64,000 bases of DNA from contig NC_045707.1 of assembly GCF_009834535.1 (NCBI RefSeq), positions 57,910,001-57,974,000 on the forward strand. The letters are read 5' to 3'. The translations under genes and the position numbers were made by a program. Shown piece by piece: positions 1 through 11,040 of the stretch (position 1 is the first letter of the stretch; every line of letters begins with the position of its first letter). The notes under the pieces are model-generated. The model did no database searches. It was not told where the DNA came from and saw nothing but the letters and a program-made list of their open reading frames with translations. The stretch comes from Camelus ferus. Its lineage: Eukaryota.

Positions 1-763
1 CTGCAAGGGTTCATTTTGCCCATGGTTTTGGAAAAGATAAACTCATGAACAGATTCTTCCCTAACTGCAAACACTGATTTGTTGCCAGGGATACCTTGGC
101 ATCCAGAAGAAAAGGTAGACACCAGCTTTTTTTTTTTATACTTCTTTGAATTTCATTTTACTACCTCGAAGCATTAAGATATTTAAAAATTGTGCTAGTT
201 GAAGTATGTATTTTACTGGACCGGGGAGGCTCTTTCATGGACCACTCAAGACGCAGGGCACATCCTGTTCCCAAATAATTCAGCAAATATCAGTGTGTGC
301 ATAAAGCAGCCTAATAAGTCACATCCAAATATAATTCCAGTGCAGATACTTGCTATTAATGCCATGATGCACCAAAATAAATCATAAAACCAACAGCGCT
401 GTTGTACGTCCAAAATAAAAAGGCAGAGTCTACAGTATTTCAACTTGCTATAAAAATGGTGCCAGAGGAGCTGGGGCTTGCTCTGGCTGGAGCCACAGCC
501 AGGAGGCCCTGTCAATCTGTGTTCTGCACTTTCAACCATCCAAGCTACACTGGAGGTCTATTCAAACCTCAGGAAAAGGTGGAAACTAGTTTTTGGTGAG
601 TCTTTCCATTACATTCAGCTGTTTTCTATTCCTGCTAAGACTTCTTCTGTATTGCTATCTGATTACTTAGCTTCACTTAAAATCATTCCCAAGCAAAGAA
701 GACCACCCTAGGAGAAAGACTGGAATCCATGGGCTTGCTGTCCCTGAGGATTAAGGTGCATCA

Positions 764-920
764 AGTGGTGACTCTCAAACCTGGCCCGCACATTTAGAAT
801 GATTTTGGAAAGCCCCACCCTGACCGATGAAATGCTACTGTTTGAGTCTGTGGCCCAGGCATTAATAGTTCGTTTCTAAGCTTCGCAGGTGATTCTACTG
901 CAGCTTTGCAGCTAGAGACG
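764..920. mobile_element. hAT-Charlie MITE remnant (MER5-like)
   Basis: 'ctctcaaacctggcccgcacatttagaat...gccccaccctgacc...ggcccaggcatt...aagcttcgcaggtgattctactgcagc' resembles the recalled MER5A consensus. Confidence 0.6.
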
Positions 921-1284
921 CTCTCTGGCCATCATTCAACAGTATGACTTCTGCTATCTTCCTTTTGGTCTTCCAGACAAACATACTCAAGTTACAGAAG
1001 CCTCCTAGACATTCATTTCTTCCAAGAAATGAATTAACACTAGACAATTTTTGCTAAAGGGGGCAGGAGAGGTTAAAGAAAAAAGAAGAGCAGAAGAAAG
1101 CCAATTTCATTCTTATGAGACCTAACCGAGTTCCCAGCTGGCGGGTCTTGTTTGGTCAATTGGTCAAAGACTGGATTCTCTTTGTTTTACTAAGAAGCGT
1201 CCTTGTTATCCATGCTTTAAAGAAAATAAACATTAAGTTGAAGACAGCGTTGAGCAGAAAGATTATTCAACTGGGACTCACAAA

Positions 1285-1400
1285 ATCTGGATCCTGTTTA
1301 GCAGTTAATAGTTGTGGTACGTGGGACCTTGAACTTATCGCTCTGTGTCTCATTTTCCCATCAGAAAAAACGGAATACTATGCTCCCTTCTTCCAAGGGC
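1285..1400 (+). mobile_element. MIR SINE fragment
   Basis: MIR core-like 'ctctgtgtctcattttcccatcagaaaaaacgga'. Confidence 0.55.
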
Positions 1401-3309
1401 TCTCTTAATCTGAGTATCTACTTGTGATCCATTCAGCAAGACACCTTAAAGGATGCACTGTTCTTCACATTGCCAAAAGGATGGGGTAGACACAAAAAAA
1501 GACATTAGATGAGCAAGACAAGAGTGTAAAATCCTTAGAAGATGAAAAAACAGGTAAAATAATTAAAGCAGTGCTGTGGGAAAGCTTTACTGAAACTAGC
1601 TGAAAGTTCTGGGGAGGATCAATTGTTTATGATCTTGTTCTCGAGAGACTGAAATTCTTTGGATACACCAGATGGTTTTATTTATATAGCAAAAGTTCAG
1701 CTCCAGTGAGGTGCTGCTTGCAAATTCACACAGAAATAAAAGAAACCATATTTATGGACGTGTACATGCACTTGCTCACAAGAGGGATTTTCCATTGTTT
1801 CTTACAGACCTTTGAACAAATTTTAAATTTATGATGTTAAAGAGAAGGCCCATCACATTGGAAAGAAACAGCAGCCTCCCAAGCCAGCCACCTAAAATTG
1901 AACGTGGGTAAGTGGCAGAACTTTGTGGATCCCCTCTGTCCACAAGAAGGACAAATCTCATTTAATTCAGTCTTTGATGTTCATATACAATCCTCTCTCC
2001 TCAAATAGCATTATTGAAAATAAAAAAAAAATAAAAAAAAAAAGAAGAAGCCCAACCTCCATCTGAATATTTCAAGCTGCATCCTGTGTATCTGCTCCTG
2101 GCACTGAGTCAGCCTTGTCAGCCCAATTTAGAGCACATGGCAGTGATCCAACTCATTGTGGCTGTTTGTGATCCCCAGATCAGGTTTCAAAAAAGAAGGG
2201 GCAGCAATCCGGTGACCTTCTCAAGATAGTAGGGAACAACTCTGGTCATGACTGACACCTGATCTTTCTGCTAATCAGAGATGGTGCCAAGATTGCATCA
2301 GACTCCAGCCCACAACCTTTCTGTCCTCCTCCAAGAGGTGTGGAGCATCCTGTCCCCCGCTGAGTTTCAGTTTTAGACTGCCTTTCCCTTTCAGATCCAA
2401 GGAAGTTTGGTTTTATTGACATTGAGATAAAGCTCAAGTCCTGCCTTAATTGAGATTTCCTGTTCTTTCTAGTGCATGCCTATCTACTATTCATTGTCTT
2501 AGTACCTAGTGAGTTCAATGTGATTCATAACAAAGACATGGTTATAAAGCTCTAAAATTAACAGCCCTAGATAGTCATATCATAATCAAGAGACTTCATT
2601 CACTTGGGCTCTTTTTCCTGTACATCTATCATCCTGTCATCCCTTCTTAAAAATGTGACCATCATTCTTCCTGGACTCTGAGTCATCCTTCCTCTCTACT
2701 TCTGCCAGATCTTCAAGACTGGCTCAGGTGGAATCGCAAACTGGGAACCCAGCAAGGTCCTACAGAAGTACTCTTTGTTTTCTGGGTCAGGCCACATTAT
2801 TTCTTAATTGAATGAATACCGAGTATCAGTGTGAAAAAGCCACCTTGCTCTTTGCCTTACTATCCCTTAAACTAAAGAGGCTGTCCTCAACCTTACAAAG
2901 CCTTAGGGGATACTTGTTCTTTGATCATCCCCTTAGCGTTTACATCAAAGTCTATGTTAAAGCCTGAAGATTCCTGGAGTTCTGGAAGTGTTTAAAGGAT
3001 TATTGGCTTTACCCCAGCTCTGAGTTTACACAAAATATATGATTTGAATCAGTAGAGACCTAAGTTTTCTCTACAGAATTTTATCTTCTATCTATCTCCC
3101 TAAACAAACAATCTTTGAAGCTAGATAAAATGAGAAAAGAGGATGGAATTATTTCACCCTGCCTTGTTTGTTTCCATGAGAGTTCTAACCAAAAGGAAAA
3201 GATGAGTCATTCAGCATCATTCCCTATTTGGTGGTTTGGACTCTGGGCTACTGTAACCAAAAGAGGGCAGCACTCCGTGGGTTTTGAATTCACAGAAAGC
3301 AAAACTCTT

Positions 3310-3920
3310 CCGTTTCTACTTGAACACTCTACCTTAAGCAAGGCACTCCACTCTGTGTTGCATGGAATACAGAGACGATTAAGACATCGCTCCAAACATG
3401 CAGGAACAAGGAAAGAAGGAAGCCCTGGGGTAGCAGTTAGAACACAGCTATGTTTGGAAAGTGGTAAAAGATAAATCTGGAAATAAAAGGTGGGGTTAGA
3501 TAGTGAGGGTCCCTTGTATTCCAGTTATTTATCCTTTGTTTGGAATGCAATGGGGCCCCCAGTCAAAGTTTCTGAGCAAGGGGATAATAAGATTAGAACT
3601 CTGTTTGGGAAAGCTACATCTTATAGGGTTGTATTGGAAAGACTGAAAGACGGTGAGATCAAGGGGCAGAGGGAAAAAAAGGAAGATATTATAAAGCACA
3701 TCCAAGAAGTGATAAAGATCTAACCCAGAGGGTTGGTGGTGAGAATGGAAAGCAAAACCTAAAGGGAGAGGCACTGCAAAGGAGGAAAAAATATCCTTAC
3801 TGGAGTAGACATGGGGAGAAAGGAACCAAGATATGCCCATAGTGTTACCTCTGAGAGTTGGGCATATGGTAAAACACATAACCAAAATTGGGAAGACAGG
3901 GAAAAAGAACTTTTTGAAAA
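3310..3920 (-). mobile_element. L2 LINE fragment
   Basis: Purine-rich text typical of antisense L2 ('atttatcctttgtttggaatgcaatggggcccccagtcaaagtttctgagcaagggga'). Confidence 0.5.
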
Positions 3921-4339
3921 CTTTCTCTTCAGGGAGAGTGAAGCATTACTCTGTTGTCAAGATACAAGGCGTGCAGGGTAGAAATACAGGAATAGCATGG
4001 CCCCAGGAGCTACCTTGGAAAGCAGTCCAAAATGTACACTCCACCCTTTTCACTTTGTTCAGCTGAGTATCTGGCCACTTGCACATATAGTGTTGGACTT
4101 CATGCTTGTGTTTCTCTGTCCTCTTAGCTTTATATGACTCAACTTATTTCTCCTTTTATTCTAATCTCTTTATATTTGTATCTAATGGCAGTGCCACCTC
4201 AAATCCTTTTGTGAATAAATTAGAGTACCAATTAATCAATTATGTTACAACATTTTTCTATACTGACTGTAAATACACATCCATCAACACATAGGTTCCT
4301 TAGGCAAAATGCACATCGCTAGCATTTACTTAAATCAAA

Positions 4340-4562
4340 TGTGGTAGGCACTAACGGTTTTATACACATCACTTCATTCAGTCCTATGATTAATAAAACA
4401 ATCCTATGAGGGCATTCCATTATTATCCCATTTTACAGATGAAGAAATTGACAAAATGAGGTGAATTCATGTGTGATACAGCAAGTATGAGTCAGAGCTT
4501 GCATTATACCCCAGGCAGCCTGATCTCAGCATCAGTGCCCCTAACCACTTAGCCTACTGCCT
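4340..4562 (-). mobile_element. MIR SINE
   Basis: 'attattatcccattttacagatgaagaaattga...ccccaggcagcctgatctcagc...ctaaccact' is antisense MIR. Confidence 0.75.
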
Positions 4563-5354
4563 CTCTGTCCATTGGCCCTTACTGTGTCATCCTCATCTTC
4601 CTAGTTCTTCTCTGTATCTGCCATGATTCACTTTAGGATGTCACTTTCTCACATTGATGGAACATTAGCCTCCAGAGCCAGTGTCTTCAACCAGGAAGCT
4701 TTGTAGCCACCATATATAGAGTATCAATGAGCAGGTTGAAGAAAAGGAGCACTGTTCATTTTTCTAAAATTGAGTTAAATCTGTCTCTAAGTCCTCACAC
4801 ATCAGAGTAGAAGGGTGCCAATCCAAAATCAGTCATTTGGGAGACTCAATTTCTTCCTCTATGAAATCATACAAGAGTCTGACGTCAAGACATCAGAGAA
4901 AATGGGAGGGAGACATTACTTGGGGCTCTTTCAGCCAACCGATTTCCTGCAGTTGAGCAAGACACATTCCCATGTTTTTCACAACTGCCAGTATATGAGT
5001 GGCTACCAGGTCTGTGGCTTCAATCTACCTTCTTGTCTTGAGCTCCAGGCTAATATATCTAATGGCCTACAGATAAGTACAAAAACACTGCAAATTTAGT
5101 ATGCCTAAAAGTAAAACAAACTATCATTTCCTAATACATCCCTCCAACCACCATCCTGTTTTCCTTTTCATTACCCATTTGAGTGGACGACATAATTATC
5201 CACGTATTTCCGAAGGGTGTGGGATGGGGGGTACTAGAGCCTTCTTAAGGGTCCTACTGCTTTTTTCAAATTTCACATCTAGATTTCAAGTCTAAGTAAT
5301 CACAGATCACTAAGCCCTTGGATTATACCATCTTAACTTGCTGGTATTGGCCTC

Positions 5355-5425
5355 GATAGATAATAGATTCATAGATACATAGATACATAGATAGATACAT
5401 AGATACATAGATACATAGATAGAAT

Positions 5426-5479
<54 letters not shown>

Positions 5480-5510
5480 CAGACAGATAGACAGATTGAT
5501 AGAGATAGAG
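5355..5510. repeat. Compound (TAGATACA)n/(GATA)n/(GACA)n microsatellite
   Basis: Read directly; pure GATA run about 5426-5478. Confidence 0.95.
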
Positions 5511-5682
5511 AAATATGCATGTTTGTGTGCTCTGCACACTCACCACACCTGAGATTATTGATGAAGGCACCATTGACATTATAGGCATTATAGATTTATG
5601 TTTTTTACAAAATTTTCTCACTTCACAGTAAAATGTATACTATAATCAGTGATATGAACTTTTTCCAATAAATAAAGTACTT

Positions 5683-5855
5683 TGAGAGGAGAGGGTATTG
5701 CTCAGCGGTAAAGTGTAAGCTTAGCATACGTGAGGTTCTCAGTTCAATCCCCAGTACCTCCATTAAAAAAGAAGAGAAGAGAAGAGAAGAGAAAAGAAAG
5801 AAAAGAAAAGAAAAGAAAAGAAAAGAAAAGAAAAGAAAAGAAAAGAAAAGAATCC
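5683..5855 (+). mobile_element. Camelid tRNA-derived SINE (vic-1 type) with (GAAGA)n(GAAAA)n tail
   Basis: tRNA-like head 'gagggtattgctcagcggtaaagtg...gttcaatccccagtacctcc' with A/B boxes; TSD aaataaagtac at 5670-5680 and 5856-5866. Confidence 0.85.
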
Positions 5856-6964
5856 AAATAAAGTACCCTAAGAAAGGATACCATCATTTAAATTGCATAA
5901 AAACACCACGTGGGCTAACAGTAGCCTTGGGTCTCCCAGCTTCTAGACATTTCCTTCAAGCCATTCATGCACTGCTGATCTTTCCAAAGGTGAACTTCAT
6001 CCTGATTTTCACTCAGGGGGAGCACAAAGTTCCCCATTATCTGCTTTAGCCTAACTGCTAATGTGAATCCCACTTCAATCATCCTGATCTTACAACTATT
6101 TAAATGCACTATTGCACATCTCTGCATGTACAATGCTTTCAGCTCATAACACCCGTCCAACCCATCCCCTCCCCACCAGTTTCCTACCTGGAAAACTTCT
6201 AGTCTTCCTTCCAGACCAGCTCAAGTGTTTCCTCCTCTTTAAACCCTTCTCTGCCCTAGAAAAGATGATTATACTCTCTTCTGTGCCTTCATCCTACCTT
6301 TAAGTCCACCCCTCACACTGTATTACAATTATTTATTTTTTTAACTGATCTCTTACACTAAATCAAGAGCTCCATGGTTTAGTTTAACCATGTATTATTT
6401 AACTTTTCCTGTGGTGATGTGAATTGGTGTAAAGGGAATGTACTGGATCACACAGCTGCTAACTGGCTCCACTGCCGGCTGTCTAGAGTGTTCTCTGAGC
6501 TATGTGGCTGCCTGCTGGCAAGCTTGCACTTTGAGCTATACTGCTTTGTGCTGCATTTGCTGAGCCCTACTGAGCCTCTGTCATAAATTTAATCAACCTA
6601 AGTAGAAAGTTTTGAAAACTAACCTTTAGGGACAGAAGTAAAAGACCAGGACCCTACTTAAAATGACCCTGGGTCAGGCATGTGTCCTGGATCAGACCCA
6701 TCTGTGTATCTCAGATTGAATCATGTGTTCAATTCCAGCACAGGCTGTGACTGACTCTGAGCTCAGGAGAATGATCCCTACCCTACGACCACTGGTTGTG
6801 CAGTCTCAACAAGGCATCGGCCCTCATTCTTGGCAGAGCTCAGGAGAAAGGCTGGTACACTGTGGAATATACAGGTCCACTCATGCTGTACACAGACCAC
6901 TTATAGCTGGTCACTTATGTGAGGAAGAGTACCACTGTGATAACATGCTTCTCTCATGTTCCGA

Positions 6965-7760
6965 AAAGCCCTCCCCTTCCAACACTGTCAAGAAACACCT
7001 ACTGACCCTCTAAGCACCCACAATTCAAAAACAAGCTCAACATCTTTTAGGCCTGTTGGGTTCTAAGCTACATATTCCTAATTAAATTTTTCTTAAGCCC
7101 ATTTATGCTGTTTTTCACAAATTGATCCACTTTGAATGGGACTCTCCACAATAAAGGGCTCTAGAATCTGTCCAAGTAACACAGCAACAGCACTTTCCTT
7201 GGTGTTCCCCCACAGACTCCTCACTGTCGAGGCTTTAGCAACTTCATCTAATGCTTGTTGGAGTCTATGGACCATCCATAACGGTCATAAGCTGCCTAGG
7301 GACTTCAGGGTTAAAAAACTGCCCTCCTCAGCCACATGAGATTGCCCCATTAGAGGGACAATCACTGACTGCATACTGGGTCATCCTGGGAACAAACGCT
7401 CTCACAGGTCTTGACCACGACCCTCCATACCCAGCTGCCCATTATGTCTTCTTTTATGAAATCAGCACCCAGCAAGCTCAGCAAGGCCCCCAAGGCCTAA
7501 CTGCTAAAACAGAGATGGTACCCCCAGGATAGAAACCAACCTGGGCCTCAGTTATATCTCACCTGTAGAAGGGGTGGTCTCCCCTGTCTTCAGTCCCTTG
7601 CCTGATGCCACTGTTCTAGAGGAAGCCACCCCTCTCAAAGATCCCTTGACTACCCGCAGAGCCCCTTGGGACCAGCTGAATGAATAACAAAGGGGGGCTG
7701 TGTATTTTAGGAACCACAATGCCGCCAACATGTGATGGATGCTCACTGGAGAACTGCTAC
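6965..7760 (+). mobile_element. Degenerate ERVL (class III ERV) pol relic, RT thumb/connection region
   Basis: Translation across stops and frameshifts gives PSNTVKKHLLTL*APTIQKQAQHLLGLLG, KPIYAVFHKLIHFEW, ACWSLW, KKLPSSA and PLEGQSLTAYW. These are colinear with recalled HERV-L pol IPSKVKDKLLHLAPPTTKKEAQRLVGLFG...FEW...WSLW...LPSSA...PFERQLLACYW. Confidence 0.8.
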
Positions 7761-8284
7761 TTTAACTAGGATGAGTCAAATCATGGATGGGCCCAAGGGC
7801 CAACACAATCCAAAACTTCATGCATTGGATGCCTTGGACAAATTTTGGCACCATCTGCACATTTTTAAAAACTGTTGAGCCAATGTCACTATGTCCATCC
7901 AGCCTAGCAACAACAATTTCTTACTCAAGGTTATTTTCTTTATTTAGATTAGAGAGCTCTGGGAATCTCTTGCCTCATAGATACCCAAAATATAAATCAA
8001 GATCTCACATAACTTTGCACATACTAAAGCCACAATATAAGGCCGCTCTCCTTATCCCCTTCAGAGTTCCAAACATTACTGAAAATGATCAAGACGCTTA
8101 TTTCACCTCTCAAAATGCACAATGCTGGGCTCTTGCAAAAGGCTCTTAATGAAGCTTTCACCTCCCTCACTGGCCCCAGGCTACAAGACTTATATACAGT
8201 GCCATAGGACTTACTTAAACAAATTCAAATTCAATGAAATGAAACATGGCCCATTTCAGCCATCAGGCAAATAAGAGGGTGATT

Positions 8285-8582
8285 TATAATTATGAGTCTG
8301 ACTCCATTTTTGATGTTGGACTGTTGACAGCTTTCAAGCCTCACCACTCCTGCTTCCCCTTCTGTCCCACATGTGGGCAAACTGATAAGAGAGCTCTCCT
8401 CCGGCTCCAGCAGAAGTTCAAACCCTGTAAGCCTGCTCCAGGGAGCAGCCCCACCCTGTAATCACAACAAAAGCCAAGCCAGTCCCCTTTCCTTGCTCTC
8501 TCAAGCCATTTTCAGACCTGTCTGGGAGCCTGCTTTGCTCTGCTTTGAAAGCATCACTGGGTGAGTAATAAGCCTTTTCAAA
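8285..8582 (+). mobile_element. ERVL-family LTR (MER74/MER73-like)
   Basis: 'tatgagtctgactccatttttgatgttggactgttgacagctttcaagcc...gggcaaactgataaga...gtgagtaataagcctt' resembles the recalled MER74-type consensus; same strand as and downstream of the pol relic. Confidence 0.6.
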
Positions 8583-8784
8583 CCCACAACAGTTTCCATA
8601 TTCTATCTCAGTCCTCTACAGGGACTGGAGTCTTACCTAAAACTTCCACCTCAAACGCTAGAAGATAAAACAAAAAAGTCATAATTTACGTACACGGTAG
8701 AGATAAATAGCTTTCAAGATACAAATGTATAAATACAAAAAGACAAAAGTAGAAGGATGATTTTTAAAGTAATATTATTTCTGT

Positions 8785-9182
8785 TTCCAGCAAAACTGCA
8801 GTATCACGGACCAGATTAAACTTCCCAACTGAAACAACCAAGAACCTGGACAAAATGTATGAAACAATGGTTTTCCAATATTGGAAGTCAGGCAACACTA
8901 GACACTAATCATTGAGAGAAATAGTGTGATGAGCCCTTCAATTGCCCCAGTTTACTCTTTGAGTAGAGAAGGGGATCCCAAGTACAGTCTGGTCATCTGT
9001 CTGAGTTGAGAGACAAGTTGAGAGACGCAGGAGGCCAAGGCAGCTAGAGTTTGCAAAGCAGAGAACTGAGAAATGGAGATGCTGCACAGAGAGAGTTCCA
9101 GGGACCTGCAGAAAGCCCCCTTAAGTATTCAGTTGAATATTGGTTAGTGTGTGTATGTAAGTAAAAACTATCTGATGCTGGC

Positions 9183-9220
<38 letters not shown>

Positions 9221-11040
9221 GAGCAACAGAACACCTAGGGCTAGAAATAGTTCATGTTCCCATTAGACACAGTGAAAAACCTTGTAATTTACAGGATTTC
9301 GGGTATTCAAAAGAGTATTACTTTACTAGTGAAGTAAATTAACCCTAGACTAAAGGCTGCTCTGATTCATTCTAACAAAGCTTAAAAGCAACTTCAAAAA
9401 ACAAATATAATATGTGAAAGACCTATACACTAAGCACTTCAAAACATTCTGGAAAAATTAAAAAGTAAAGGGAGACATATACCATATTCATAGATCAGAA
9501 GACTCAATGTTATTTAGATGTCATTTTCCCCCAAATTGTTCTATAAATTAAATGCAATTCCAAACAAAATCTCAATAGGACTTTTTAAAATAAAATTCAA
9601 AGGACAGAGAATCATCAAAACAACTTTGATAAAGAATAATAAAGTTGAGGGATTTACCTTCTGATTTCAAGGACCATTATAAAGTTACAACTAACACAAT
9701 GTGGTATTAATAAAACATAGACAATGAGCTCAGTAAAATGAAACAGAGAATCCAAAAACAGACTAGTACATAGATGATCAATTAGTTTTCAACAAATATG
9801 CCAAAGCAATTCAATAGGGAAATGATAATCTTCTTAACAAATGGTGTTGGAACAACTGGATAGCCACATGGTTCAGGAATATATCTCAACTTTTACCTTA
9901 CAACATCTACAAAAATTAAATTGACACGGGTCATAGACCTTAAATTAAAAGCTAAAATCTCCAGCAAAAAACTTAGAAGATCTTCATCACCTTGTTTTCA
10001 CAAAGAGTTCTTAAATGTGACACAAAAAATACAAACTACAAAATCATCACATTTTATTTCATCTAATATAAAAGCTTTTACTCTTCAAAAAAATATTAGG
10101 AGAAAACATTTGAAAAACATTTTCCTGAAAAAGGACTTTGATCTAGCATGAGTATATATACATATATGTATAAATATATATATACCTTATAACTCAGTAA
10201 GACAAACAACCCAATAAAAAATAGACTTAACAACTGAACAGACACTTCACCAAGGAAGACTTAGAGATGGCAAATAAGCACATCAAAAGATGCTCCACAT
10301 CATTAGACATTAGGGAAAGGTAAATTAACATTAAAATGACTGATCATATCAATGTTGGTGATGATGCAGAACAACTGGAATTCTCATACACCGTGACTAG
10401 AAATGTAAAATGGTACAATTACTTTGGAAACCGGACTGACAACTTCTTAAAAATGTAAATGTACAGCCACTGTTTGACCCAAAAATTCCCTCCCCAGGTT
10501 TTACCAAAGAGATATGAAAGCATCTATCCACAAAGAAACTTACACCTGAATATCTACGGAACTTACACTTTACTTATAATAGCCAGAAACTAAGAACAAC
10601 TCAAATGTCTACCAGTAGGTGGCTGGATCAGCAAATTGAAGTATGTCCATACTACTTACAATAAAAGAAAAAATAATTGATACATGCAAGAGCATGGATA
10701 GATCTAAAAAAAATTATGCTGAATGAAAGAAGTCAGACAAAAAATAAAACATACTGTGATATTCCATTTTTATAAAATTCTAGAAAATACAAACTAATCA
10801 ATCTACAATGACAGAAAGCAGATCAGCTGTTGCCTAGGGACAGGGAAAGGATTTCTGAAGAGAGTAAGAGAGAGAGAGAGATTATAAAGGATACAAGAAA
10901 ACATTTGGAGATTATTGAAATATTCATTAGTCTTGTTCGTCGTGATGGCTTGATAGGTTTACACAAATGTTAAAATCTACCAAATTGTATACTTTAAATA
11001 TATGTAGTTTAATTAATGTCAATTATATCTCTATAAAACT
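8785..11040 (+). mobile_element. Old L1M LINE: 5' region (about 8785-9395) joined to ORF2 3' end and 3'UTR
   Basis: ORF2 hallmarks 'gacatataccatattcatagatcagaagactcaat', 'cttcttaacaaatggtgttggaacaactggata', 'cagacacttcaccaaggaagac'; L1M 3'UTR ending 'caaattgtatactttaaatatatgtagttt...tcaattatatctctataaa'. Confidence 0.85.
9182..9220. repeat. (CAA)n microsatellite
   Basis: About 13 CAA units inside the L1; source of the poly-T/poly-L ORFs. Confidence 0.95.

Noticed and set aside
5310..5621. ORFs with YLSI repeats (and the poly-L/poly-T ORFs at 9044-9342)
   Set aside because: Translations of the GATA and CAA microsatellites
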